The notes beneath the pieces were generated by a model, which did not search any database, had not been told where the DNA came from, and saw nothing but the letters and a program-made list of their open reading frames with translations. Below are positions 25,761-34,953 of a DNA stretch of 35,477 bases, piece after piece. How positions within the stretch are numbered: position 1 is the stretch's first letter; the number at the start of each line of letters is the position of its first letter. This DNA is from a virus. A program made the translations under genes and the position numbers. The stretch is taken from the UHGV virus genome UHGV-1967114; one strand, written 5' to 3'.

Positions 25761-28700
25761 TGGGATTTGAAATATTGGTAGGCGCGGTTATTGCTGGTGC
25801 GTCTGCTGGGATGGCTGCTGCTGCAACATTTTCTGTTATGACCGCAGTCGCTATCGGTATGGCTGCTGGTGCAATGACCTTGATCGCTTCCACTGTAGGC
25901 GCACCAAAAACACCTAAAGTACAAAGCCCAGATAATGCGGTGACACTAGGAACATCAAACGATCCGAAAGCGGTGATACCAGTCGTTTTCGGTACTACCC
26001 GCACTGGCACAAACTGTGTTTACAAAGCAGTTTCTAAGCAAGAAAACAATAAGCTAGTGCAAATCTTCTCTGTAGCCGAGGGTGAAATCGACCATTACAA
26101 AGCACTCTTTATTGATAATAAAAATGTTCTTGTTGGTAAGAACATGACGATCCGTGATGGTATTCTCGATAAGGGCAACATTAAAGAAGAATATCGTAAA
26201 GTATTAGAAGTCGAGTTCCGCACGGGCAAGAATCCTAACACCGCTTTGTCGCTGGCAAAACGTCATTTAGGCTCAGACTGGACCGACGCTTTCAAGGGTA
26301 ACGGCATTGCAACCATGTGTATTGTGTTACGTCGTGATGACAAATCTCTTGCTGCTGGTGTTGATATTCTCCAGCCAAATAGCCAGGTAGCAGTAGACGT
26401 TTGCGGGTTAAAGATTCGTAACCTTGAAACCAATGCTATTGAGGCTAGCACTAACGGCGTGGACCAGATTTTCCACTACCTAACAAATGAAAAATATGGT
26501 TTATCAGTACCAATTGAAAACATCAACGTTGATTCATTCCTGAAAGTACGTAAACAAGTACGCCAGATGGACCTACATTCAAACGGTGCATGTGATCCGA
26601 ACGCCAGCTTTAAAGAGAACTTGACCAGTCTTATGCAGACTTTCGGCGGGGTGATGTTCGAATCCTTTGGACGTATTACGCTGAAACTGGATGCTCCTGA
26701 TATTGTTAAGCATACCTTCAATGAAGACAATATCATGATGGGTAAGGTATCACTGAAAACAGGTGGCACTAACGGTTATTTCAATACCATTAACGCAATG
26801 TATCAGGAACCATCAATCGACTATTCAGAGCAAATGCTACGTTATCCGGCTGATGCTGAAAACGATGCTACTGTTCGCGCAGATGGTCGAATTATTGCTA
26901 AGGATGTAGAATATCGTTTCGTTAAGTCTAAAGACCAGATTGATAAACTTGCGAGTATTGAACGAAATAAATCTCGTATCACTCAGGTTATCAGCTTTAT
27001 GACTACTGACGCATTCACTGCCGAAGTATGGGACGTTATCAGCGTAACCTATGATGAATTGAAGCTGAATAATTCCTTATGGCGTATTACTGCAATTGAT
27101 CGCTCGATTGATTCTGGTATTGCTGGGATGATGACTATCACCGCCACAGAATATAATTCTCAGGTTTATACTGACCTGAACTATGCGGCAACTCCAGACA
27201 ATAGACCAAGTGGTTTACCGGATTCAATGACAGTACAGAAGCCTACTAATTTCAGAATTAAGGCAACTGGCGAGACGATTTACGGTAAAAACGTTACTTT
27301 GACATGGGATGCGCCGGAAGATTTTAACCGTTATGGTTTTCAGATTGATTACCGTGTAAGCGGATCACCTAACTGGATTAAGCTGGGACAGACTTCACAG
27401 CAAATTTTCAGTGTCAATGCACTGGCAAAAGATCGTTCTTATGATTACCGAGTTTGTGCTTTCGGTATCATCGCTCGATCCGATTGGGTAGAACTGATTA
27501 ACCAGAATCCAACTGTTACATATGAATTGCCGACTCCGGTTATTCGAATCAAAAATCAGGGTAGCACGCCAGGAACTTTCGAAGGTAATGATCTGATTAT
27601 CGAATGGGAAAATCAGCAACAATTAGATGTTGAGATCAACGGGGAAACTAACAAGTTTAGTGACCTGTTTGAAGCATACATTATCAAGGTGACTAACAAG
27701 GCTGGTAAGTCTATTCAGTACCGTACCCGCGATCCTGAATCATGGACTTATACGCTTGATATGAACCAGTTTAACGGCCTTTCGCGTCAACTGACGGTAG
27801 AAGTATCAGCTAAGGGCTATAACAACTCAGAGAGCGCCCCAGCGCGTTTAGTGGCTATCAACCCACAGCATAAGCCAATGAAAGGTTTTAGTGCGCGTGG
27901 TGGCTTTAATACTGCGTTTGTTAGCTGGGCAGATGACGTAGAACATGACTATGCAGGGTCAATCATCCAGTATGCAACCGATAACACTTTCTCCGATGCA
28001 AGGGCAGTAAGCACGAATAGTGTTAGCCATACTTCCTTTGATATTGCTGACGGTGATTATTATATCCGTGGTGCTCACTACGATATTTTCGGTATGGATG
28101 ATGCTGTCTGGTCCGAACCTTATTTCATGTCTATGAAGTCTACGATTAGTTGGGACGACCAGGACAAAGAAGCACTGGAAGACCTGATTGGTTTACAAGA
28201 TCGCTTAGATGAAACCATCGCTGATGCTATTGCTCAAGCTGGCGCTAATGCCGATGCTAAAATTGATGCAATGCATAAGCAAATCACTACCGAAACAGGG
28301 CAGACGGTGCAAGCCTCAGCCGATACCTTAAAGAGTCTGATTACTTCTGGTGATCAAGCCAGTGCAACTAAGATTGATCAGGTTAAAGCTGAACTGAAAG
28401 GCGATATCACCAAAGAAGTTAGCGCATCTGCTACTACCCTGAAACAAGCTATTGCTACCAGTGAGGCAGCAAGCGCAAGTAAGATTGATCAAGTTCGGGT
28501 AGAAATGGATGGCAAGATTGCTGGTGTGAATCAGGAAGCAGATGTAAAAATCGATGCTTTGAAAGGAACCATTAACAGCAAATACAATCTGGCAGTTAAT
28601 GCAGATGGTCGCGTGGCTGGTATTCACATGAGCGCAACCAACGATCCGGCACAACCGACTAAAATCATCTTTACGGCTGATAAAATTGCTGTAGCTCCGC

Positions 28701-29506
28701 AGAACGGGACCGATGTTTGCCCGTTTGGTATCGAAGGTAACAAGGTTTATCTCGATAATGCGATGATTCGTAATGCTGCAATTGGCACAGCCCAGATTAA
28801 TGATGCGGCGATTACTACCGCTAAGATCGGAAATGCTGCAATTAACAGCGCGAAGATTCAGGACGGGGCAATCACTAACGCCAAGATCGTAAACGGTGCA
28901 ATTGATAACGCCAAAATTGGTAACTATATCCAGTCTTCCAACTGGAACGGATCTACCGGATGGCATATCAACAAGAACGGGTCCGCTACGTTCATGAATG
29001 CTACCGTTAAAGGTAATATCACGGCTGATTCTGGTACTCTGAACAACGTCACGATTAACTCTAGCTGTGTTATTAAGGGTATGCTTGAAGCTACTCAGGT
29101 TAAGGGTGATTTCGTTAAGGTGATTGGTAAGAAATTCCCTCATCGTCAACAAAACTGGCCTGATGGCACTGTTACGGTAAGGGTGGAAGATGATCATAAG
29201 TTTGATCGCCAAATTGTGATTCCAGCTATTCACCATAACGGGTCTGTTCGTCGTGGCGAAAGTAGTGATCATTGGGACACTTGCCGATTAATCGTTAAGA
29301 AAAATGGCTCTGTTCTATATGATCGCACGGCTACTTCTGGCAGCATGTACACAGGCGTTATTGACATGCCAGCGGGTAAAGGTGCTGTAACGTTAACATT
29401 CCAAGTTATTTGTGATGGTGTTAACAACTATAACCCAAGTGCATATATCAGCGATCTAACAGTAATGGTAACTAAAAAAGCCACTACTGGTATTACTGTT
29501 TCTTAA
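25760..29506 (+). CDS. Central tail fiber / host specificity protein (lambda gpJ-like) with hydrophobic Gly/Ala-rich N-terminal segment
   Basis: C-terminal ~150 aa (..SGTLNNVTINSSCVIKGMLEA..FPHRQQNWPDGTVTVRVEDDHKFDRQIV...VIDMPAGKGAVTLTF...MVTKKATTGITVS) closely resembles my recollection of lambda J receptor-binding end. Confidence 0.85.
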   Translation: MGFEILVGAVIAGASAGMAAAATFSVMTAVAIGMAAGAMTLIASTVGAPKTPKVQSPDNAVTLGTSNDPKAVIPVVFGTTRTGTNCVYKAVSKQENNKLVQIFSVAEGEIDHYKALFIDNKNVLVGKNMTIRDGILDKGNIKEEYRKVLEVEFRTGKNPNTALSLAKRHLGSDWTDAFKGNGIATMCIVLRRDDKSLAAGVDILQPNSQVAVDVCGLKIRNLETNAIEASTNGVDQIFHYLTNEKYGLSVPIENINVDSFLKVRKQVRQMDLHSNGACDPNASFKENLTSLMQTFGGVMFESFGRITLKLDAPDIVKHTFNEDNIMMGKVSLKTGGTNGYFNTINAMYQEPSIDYSEQMLRYPADAENDATVRADGRIIAKDVEYRFVKSKDQIDKLASIERNKSRITQVISFMTTDAFTAEVWDVISVTYDELKLNNSLWRITAIDRSIDSGIAGMMTITATEYNSQVYTDLNYAATPDNRPSGLPDSMTVQKPTNFRIKATGETIYGKNVTLTWDAPEDFNRYGFQIDYRVSGSPNWIKLGQTSQQIFSVNALAKDRSYDYRVCAFGIIARSDWVELINQNPTVTYELPTPVIRIKNQGSTPGTFEGNDLIIEWENQQQLDVEINGETNKFSDLFEAYIIKVTNKAGKSIQYRTRDPESWTYTLDMNQFNGLSRQLTVEVSAKGYNNSESAPARLVAINPQHKPMKGFSARGGFNTAFVSWADDVEHDYAGSIIQYATDNTFSDARAVSTNSVSHTSFDIADGDYYIRGAHYDIFGMDDAVWSEPYFMSMKSTISWDDQDKEALEDLIGLQDRLDETIADAIAQAGANADAKIDAMHKQITTETGQTVQASADTLKSLITSGDQASATKIDQVKAELKGDITKEVSASATTLKQAIATSEAASASKIDQVRVEMDGKIAGVNQEADVKIDALKGTINSKYNLAVNADGRVAGIHMSATNDPAQPTKIIFTADKIAVAPQNGTDVCPFGIEGNKVYLDNAMIRNAAIGTAQINDAAITTAKIGNAAINSAKIQDGAITNAKIVNGAIDNAKIGNYIQSSNWNGSTGWHINKNGSATFMNATVKGNITADSGTLNNVTINSSCVIKGMLEATQVKGDFVKVIGKKFPHRQQNWPDGTVTVRVEDDHKFDRQIVIPAIHHNGSVRRGESSDHWDTCRLIVKKNGSVLYDRTATSGSMYTGVIDMPAGKGAVTLTFQVICDGVNNYNPSAYISDLTVMVTKKATTGITVS

Positions 29507-29524
29507 AATTTAATTTTAATAATA

Positions 29525-29566
29525 AATCCCGCTTAATTCTTTTGAGTTAGGCGGGATTATTTTTAT
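29525..29566 (+). terminator. Terminator-like hairpin after J-like gene (AATCCCGC...GCGGGATT + ATTTTTAT)
   Basis: 8-bp stem with large 18-nt loop and T-rich tail. Confidence 0.45.
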
Positions 29567-29611
29567 CTAAATAATTTTGCCATTAAACTATATAAAAATA
29601 TCGGGGGCGTA

Positions 29612-29890
29612 ATGACTGAAATTATATATGGCGGTATCGGTGTTATCGCCTTAATTTGTGGTGGTCTTTGGAGACTTCACCGAAATCAATTAGCAACTGA
29701 AAATAGGTTATCTAAATTGGAATCCAGCGACGCATTGTTAAACCAGAAGTTTGAGACGATGCAGAATAACCATACTCAGATTGCTGAACGTGTTTACCAA
29801 ATGGAACAAACACTACACGGTATAGAGAAGAAAGTGGTTGCGATGGACGCCAAATTTGACCAAGTTCTCGACATACTCAAACAAAAATAA
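29612..29890 (+). CDS. Membrane protein with N-terminal TM helix and coiled-coil tail; holin- or spanin-like lysis protein candidate
   Basis: IIYGGIGVIALICGGLW hydrophobic segment then charged helical region; RBS GGGGGCG; position at start of lysis region. Confidence 0.4.
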   Translation: MTEIIYGGIGVIALICGGLWRLHRNQLATENRLSKLESSDALLNQKFETMQNNHTQIAERVYQMEQTLHGIEKKVVAMDAKFDQVLDILKQK

Positions 29891-29908
29891 TAATAAAGGG
29901 GTGAATAT

Positions 29909-30079
29909 ATGAAGAATAAACTTAAGAAATATTTTGGTTATCTCTTGATTGTCGCCCTCACTTATAACGTAGCTATTAGACCTCTGCTAACGTCCTTTGG
30001 GCTTGAACTCCCGGCTATGACCGTGGATGAACAATTGCTAAGGACACTGGCGGGGGTCTTTTCGTTATTAGGGGGCTAA
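29909..30079 (+). CDS. Small single-TM protein (56 aa); holin/antiholin candidate
   Basis: RBS AAAGGGGTGA; hydrophobic core YLLIVALTYNVAI; below ORF-track cutoff. Confidence 0.3.
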   Translation: MKNKLKKYFGYLLIVALTYNVAIRPLLTSFGLELPAMTVDEQLLRTLAGVFSLLGG

Positions 30080-30080
30080 C

Positions 30081-30764
30081 ATGGCAACCAGTACCAATAA
30101 ACGAAACGCTCTAAGGACTAAGAAAGCGTTACGCCAATGGACTGATAAAGCAACCGATACATTCGAAAAGGCGATAGGGGAAGGGGCGATCTTTGCTTCC
30201 AGAGCACTCCAGAAGAAGATTAACAAGAATGTTGATAGACCTACTCGATGGACTCAGCAAGCTGTAGGTAATACCAACTACAAGAACCGATCAGGGACGA
30301 GACACCAAATCTTCATCAAGGGCGCAAGGGATAAGGACAAGAAGATCGGTAGTCAGGACGACTATCTGAAACACTATTTCGATGGTGGCAAAATCAATAA
30401 GCTAGTGCCAATCGCTAACGGTAAGGTCTTAGACGCCCACGGGAACATTAAGGCCATCAAAGGCGGTAAGATGATGCGTAACATCGAAAACGGCAACTTC
30501 ATCAAGGTAGAGAACAAGGAAGGGACTTTTATCATGAAGAAGTACAAGCCTAAGAAATCCCGAACCAAACGCGCTAAGAATGGATCGGCGGTGGCAAAAC
30601 GTCGCTTAGAGAAACGCATCCAGAAACAGAGTAAGCGAATTGTTGCCGTTAAGTCGGATAAAATTTCTACTCGTTATTCGACGCTAGGATCGTGGGAAAG
30701 CAATGAAGCAATGATGCTTGAAAACATCAATAAGCACATTAAATCGCGCATGAAATACGTTTAA
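30081..30764 (+). CDS. Hypothetical highly basic protein (Lys/Arg-rich)
   Basis: 227-aa ORF with RBS; basic composition. Confidence 0.55.
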   Translation: MATSTNKRNALRTKKALRQWTDKATDTFEKAIGEGAIFASRALQKKINKNVDRPTRWTQQAVGNTNYKNRSGTRHQIFIKGARDKDKKIGSQDDYLKHYFDGGKINKLVPIANGKVLDAHGNIKAIKGGKMMRNIENGNFIKVENKEGTFIMKKYKPKKSRTKRAKNGSAVAKRRLEKRIQKQSKRIVAVKSDKISTRYSTLGSWESNEAMMLENINKHIKSRMKYV

Positions 30765-30802
30765 TCAATAAATACCCTCATAGAATCCTATGGAGGTATA
30801 AC

Positions 30803-31150
30803 ATGGCTAAAAATATTTTCACTGAATTTCCTACTTATCCGGTCGATCAGCTTTCCGGTATTTTTATTAATGGCATTAGCCCAGAATCAATGACCTATGA
30901 TTTTGAGGCGAAGAGAGTTAAACATAAACAATATAAAGAATGTATCCGCGATCATGAAAAAGGGACCGTGTTTTGTGTCGCTACATTGGCTAAACGTCCT
31001 AAGTATCGTTTTCGTGTCGGGCAAGAAGTCGATGTAGTTAATCCTTATAGCTTTAACTGTCTGGGTGATGCACGCGCGGTGTGTGTAGGCACTGCTCCTT
31101 ATTATATCAAGGGTATGCGCTTTATTGGTTATATCTTCGAAATGATCTAA
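30803..31150 (+). CDS. Hypothetical protein
   Basis: 115-aa ORF with RBS GGAGG. Confidence 0.55.
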   Translation: MAKNIFTEFPTYPVDQLSGIFINGISPESMTYDFEAKRVKHKQYKECIRDHEKGTVFCVATLAKRPKYRFRVGQEVDVVNPYSFNCLGDARAVCVGTAPYYIKGMRFIGYIFEMI

Positions 31151-31159
31151 GGGGGTAAT

Positions 31160-31513
31160 ATGTTAAGTAAGCATTTTTCTCGCAAGGAATTTAAATGTAG
31201 ATGCGGAAAATGTGATTATGATACTATCGATGCTGAATTACTGGTAATTCTTGAGGATGTACGAGAACACTTCGGGAAACCAGTTATTATTAACAGTGGC
31301 AACCGTTGCCCGACTCATAACAAGAATGTAGGCGGGGCAGCCAATAGCTATCACGTTCGAGGCCGCGCGGCTGACATTGTTATCAAGGGTGTCTCACCTG
31401 ATATTGTTCATGCTTATCTTGATGGGAAATATCCTACTCAATACGGCTTAGGAAAATATAAAACATTTACGCATATCGATTCCAGATCGAAAAAATCACG
31501 ATGGAATGGATAA
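31160..31513 (+). CDS. Peptidase M15 family (Peptidase_M15_3-like) cell-wall hydrolase; endolysin candidate
   Basis: Motif SGNRCPTHNKNVGGAANSYHVRGRAADIV ... FTHID matches zinc-binding H/D/H signature of M15 peptidases (recollection). Confidence 0.65.
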   Translation: MLSKHFSRKEFKCRCGKCDYDTIDAELLVILEDVREHFGKPVIINSGNRCPTHNKNVGGAANSYHVRGRAADIVIKGVSPDIVHAYLDGKYPTQYGLGKYKTFTHIDSRSKKSRWNG

Positions 31514-31518
31514 AATTA

Positions 31519-31545
31519 AAGCGCCTCTAGTGGGCGCTTTTTTGT
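31519..31545 (+). terminator. Intrinsic terminator ending the late operon (AAGCGCC-TCTAGTG-GGCGCTT + T6)
   Basis: GC stem and TTTTTTG immediately after stop of 31160..31513. Confidence 0.7.
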
Positions 31546-31710
31546 TAGAATATGCTGGCGACGTTAGCTATATTTCTGACCATTTTTTCATTATAGACAA
31601 ATATACCGCAGACGATAAAGTCGTTTTTGACGAAGCCGTCTCTGGTTGAAGTAATGAAAGAACCGGAAGACCTAGAGCTTGATTTAAGCCCATTAGAGAC
31701 TCTCTAACGC

Positions 31711-31741
31711 AATTAAATTAAAAAGGGGTACGAATTACCCC
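31711..31741 (-). terminator. Intrinsic terminator for minus-strand recombinase-side operon (GGGGTA-CGAAT-TACCCC with T-run on minus strand)
   Basis: Hairpin preceded on plus strand by AATTAAATTAAAAA; located downstream of minus-strand stop at 31780. Confidence 0.5.
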
Positions 31742-31779
31742 TTAAAGCGTTTGGTTCGTTATACGGCGATTTAGGCCGC

Positions 31780-32052
31780 CTATGATTTATTTTCTTGTTC
31801 TATGAAAATCTTTCTCACCTCATCAGAATAAATGTCTAGTGATTCCTCATAACATTTTCTGTATTCACCGTAATTACTGGTGGTCTTTTGACATAGCAAT
31901 TTCAATGTTTTATGTGCTCCATCAATGAAAGCATCTTCTCTATAGGTTAGCGGTCTACGCATTTCTTGGTCTACGGTTGCCAATGCCAGGCAAGAATTCA
32001 TAGATAAAATCAAACCTAAAATCTTAATCATCTTCATTAGCTTAAATTCCAA
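31780..32052 (-). CDS. Small secreted protein (signal peptide MKMIKILGLILSMNSCLALA), Cys-containing
   Basis: Hydrophobic N-terminus with ALA cleavage-like site; overlaps 3' end of recombinase gene. Confidence 0.5.
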   Translation of the reverse strand: MEFKLMKMIKILGLILSMNSCLALATVDQEMRRPLTYREDAFIDGAHKTLKLLCQKTTSNYGEYRKCYEESLDIYSDEVRKIFIEQENKS

Positions 32053-33721
32053 ATTCCTGTAATGGACCTGGTATTTCTTCTTCTGGTTTCCAGTTCTTAT
32101 CTGTCAGCATGTCTAAACATGGATGCAGAACAAGCCCGTTACTCTCCAGAATCTGCCTATCATTGATAGTCTTCAAATCAATGAAGATCCGGCCTTTCCT
32201 CGGTCCTCTTGAATTTTCTATTACAACTCTCTGGGTCTTGCCATCGATGTATTCCAATACAAACAAGTTTTTGTACTTGTCAATCCTGCTACACCCGATC
32301 CGTTTTAGAGCTTGCTTAATCTTAAACCGGACCTTAATGCGATCCTCGTTGTAAACATCTTCTAAATCAAATTCTGCGAGCTTCTCCCAGCCTTGAGAGT
32401 CAACAGAATACATTTCCTCTTCTGCCATCTTAATTTGATTGTAGAGTGTTTCACGCTCGCTATTGAGGGTAGTAATCTGATCGGCTAGCTCCTTCGTTGC
32501 TCCTGTCATAGCAGAAAGGGTAATCAGGTTATCAATCTTGCGTGATATTTCATCAATCTGTACTTTCAAAGCCGGAACCGGATTAGCCTTATCTTCAGCA
32601 ATCCAGATTTTATCAGCCAGCAATTGCAATACAGCTTTCTCTAATTGGTCGCCGCGAAAACTCCAGTTTGTATGCACACATTCAATACGACTAGAGCGCA
32701 TTGCATCGCATGAATAACGATATTGGTTAGGCCGTCTGTTTGTTCCTTTCACCTTAACCATAGCGGAACCGCAATGTTCACATTTCAATAGACCAACACC
32801 ACTAAGCAAGGGAATAGGTTTAACTTCTTCTTTGTCTCCAAAGTTACATGCTCTAACACCAATGCTTTTCTTAAGGTGATAAAACTCAGCGTCATCTAGC
32901 ACACGAGGATAATAATCCTTTAACTCATACTTAACGCCATCTACAGAGATTTCCTTGATACCAATCAAAGCGCGGGTATGGAACAACCTTTCAATCATTG
33001 CCCGTGACCAGTTTGAATGCCTCTTGTGACTTGCGGCTGGTGGTGGTGTGTATGTCGCGTTAAGGTGATCCAGTATCTCGGCGGTTGACCGTCCATTCCT
33101 GCGTAATTCCACAACTTCCTGAACAATAGGGAAGAAGACCGGATGAGGAAGCACATAACCAGATGTGGTATCAGTCCACCACATATTCTTTCCAATTTCC
33201 TCGATTGCAACAGCCGGATTTTGTGGATTTTCTTGATGAGCTTTAATCTTAATCAGTGCGCTTGAGTTAGTACGATTGCGCTTAGTCTGGCTTTCCTCAT
33301 TACCACGGATGAATAAAAGGATGGAGAACATCAGGTCCATCGGGTTAGCGGTAACAGTATCCAGCGAGTAGATCTTGTTATCCATGCCAGTAACAATGGT
33401 TATCCCCCTACGGATGATTGAAAGGAATAACTCCTGCGCACTGACAATATCGGCACGGGATAAACGGTCCAAGTTTTCGATGAATAGCCAGCTACCAACA
33501 GGAACGGATCTACCTATTGCATCAAGGAAACGAGATAGCGCCCCTGTTTTGGAGTTAGCACCCTTAAACGCAGATACACCCAGATCCTGATAATCATTTA
33601 CCAGTTCAAGGTCATACTTTACCGCAATCTCTCTAGCCATCCTGATTTGTCGTTCATAACTCGAACCATCATTCTGACGCATAGACGAGAAGCGAATATA
33701 CGAATACAGTTTAGTTTTCAT
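32042..33721 (-). CDS. Large serine recombinase (probable prophage integrase); start taken at ATG 33721
   Basis: N-terminal resolvase-type motif YIRFSSMRQ (catalytic Ser), central recombinase region, zinc-ribbon CEHCGSAMVKV...YRYSCD...IECVH; 559 aa. Confidence 0.85.
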   Translation of the reverse strand: MKTKLYSYIRFSSMRQNDGSSYERQIRMAREIAVKYDLELVNDYQDLGVSAFKGANSKTGALSRFLDAIGRSVPVGSWLFIENLDRLSRADIVSAQELFLSIIRRGITIVTGMDNKIYSLDTVTANPMDLMFSILLFIRGNEESQTKRNRTNSSALIKIKAHQENPQNPAVAIEEIGKNMWWTDTTSGYVLPHPVFFPIVQEVVELRRNGRSTAEILDHLNATYTPPPAASHKRHSNWSRAMIERLFHTRALIGIKEISVDGVKYELKDYYPRVLDDAEFYHLKKSIGVRACNFGDKEEVKPIPLLSGVGLLKCEHCGSAMVKVKGTNRRPNQYRYSCDAMRSSRIECVHTNWSFRGDQLEKAVLQLLADKIWIAEDKANPVPALKVQIDEISRKIDNLITLSAMTGATKELADQITTLNSERETLYNQIKMAEEEMYSVDSQGWEKLAEFDLEDVYNEDRIKVRFKIKQALKRIGCSRIDKYKNLFVLEYIDGKTQRVVIENSRGPRKGRIFIDLKTINDRQILESNGLVLHPCLDMLTDKNWKPEEEIPGPLQEFGI

Positions 33722-33730
33722 ACCATTTCC

Positions 33731-33770
33731 AAACAAAAACGCCCCTACCGCGTATTATAACGATAGGGGC
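33731..33770 (-). terminator. Terminator-like hairpin between secreted-protein gene and recombinase gene (minus strand)
   Basis: GCCCCTA...TAGGGGC stem with 16-nt loop, followed on minus strand by GTTTTTGTTT. Confidence 0.45.
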
Positions 33771-33784
33771 TAGGTGATTAAAGA

Positions 33785-34204
33785 TTAAAGAATTTCACGG
33801 CAGCTAATCAGGGTATAAGATGTATCACCTTTTTTAACATCAAATATAGGAGCGCCATCTACAGAATGCAGATATTTGATGTAAGACTTACCATCTTCGG
33901 AACCATAATATTCTTCTTTCTCGTTCTTATCTTCTTTCAGTTTCGGGCTTTTGATTGTTTTATCAAATACCGGATCGTTGAAAGCAAATTGACTATTATC
34001 ATCATTCACTCGAACCTTTACACCGATAAAACCACGGTATTTGCCAGACGGCGCATGATAATAACGGTCGCCATCACTCAGGTAGCGTGTATCATCTCCT
34101 TTATATTCGAAGTAGGAATTGCACACATAATAGGTATAGGTATTAGCATTTGCAGCACCAACCAAACCCAGAGCAAGAACGATACCAGCGATAATCTTTT
34201 TCAT
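33785..34204 (-). CDS. Secreted protein (signal peptide ...LVGAANA), two Cys; possibly related to C-terminal domain of 435..1229
   Basis: Signal peptide; Y-V-C near N-terminus and I-S-C near C-terminus as in the 264-aa protein (FVYIC...KYSC). Confidence 0.6.
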   Translation of the reverse strand: MKKIIAGIVLALGLVGAANANTYTYYVCNSYFEYKGDDTRYLSDGDRYYHAPSGKYRGFIGVKVRVNDDNSQFAFNDPVFDKTIKSPKLKEDKNEKEEYYGSEDGKSYIKYLHSVDGAPIFDVKKGDTSYTLISCREIL

Positions 34205-34515
34205 AGTAGAATTTCCTCTTGTTGTTTGAATTACGATATATTTATATCGTTAAAAATTGATGCTAATTACCAGACCAAACACAACCGCACCAATCAAATC
34301 AATCCAGTTAATACACAATCCGCTATATTCTTTCTTGAATGTCTTAGATGAAATGCCATCATGAAATTGTTTCATTGCTCACCCCATACTAACGACAAGA
34401 TAAGAAAGACTAATAATAGTTGTGAGACTACCTCCCACGAATGAGATAAAAGCTAACATGTTTGATTCTCCATTTAAAAAGCGGTGGGAATTACACCCAC
34501 CAAATTAGAAATTAA

Positions 34516-34953
34516 TTAAGCGCGAACGATGGTCAGAGTATCCAGCAAACCTTTTTCGTATAATTCAAAACACGTTTTATATTGCTCAATCTGGAAACCA
34601 TAGCGGGTGATCTTATTCAGTAGAACAATCACGGTATTCTCATCTAGGTATTGTCCTTGCTTACCAATTACATATGACTCGCGGGATAGTCTCAGCTTAC
34701 GGAAACCTTTAACACCTAATTCCTTAGCCACCGCTTTAATCTCGTTAATCTCACCTTCTGCGGCTACATATTCAGCGTCGATAATATCAGTTGATGATCT
34801 CAGTGCTACCAGAACTAAAGCCATTGCTTCTTCTTCGGTACGAGCAACACCAGCTTTCTCGAAAGTCATCTCACCAAATTTACGAATCATGATATTGAAC
34901 ATTGTCTGTATTCCGTTTAAATCGGCGGGAATAGTACCCGCCAAATTAGACAT
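34516..34953 (-). CDS. Hypothetical protein (145 aa), second gene of attR-proximal two-gene operon
   Basis: Start overlaps upstream stop (TAATG); no recognizable motif. Confidence 0.55.
   Translation of the reverse strand: MSNLAGTIPADLNGIQTMFNIMIRKFGEMTFEKAGVARTEEEAMALVLVALRSSTDIIDAEYVAAEGEINEIKAVAKELGVKGFRKLRLSRESYVIGKQGQYLDENTVIVLLNKITRYGFQIEQYKTCFELYEKGLLDTLTIVRA

Noticed and set aside
28328-29272. 314-aa minus-strand ORF inside the J-like gene
   Set aside because: Antisense to the J-like C-terminal domain, which matches lambda J on the plus strand.
33866-34351. 161-aa plus-strand ORF overlapping the secreted-protein gene 33785..34204
   Set aside because: Hydrophobic low-complexity translation antisense to a gene with clear signal peptide; no RBS.
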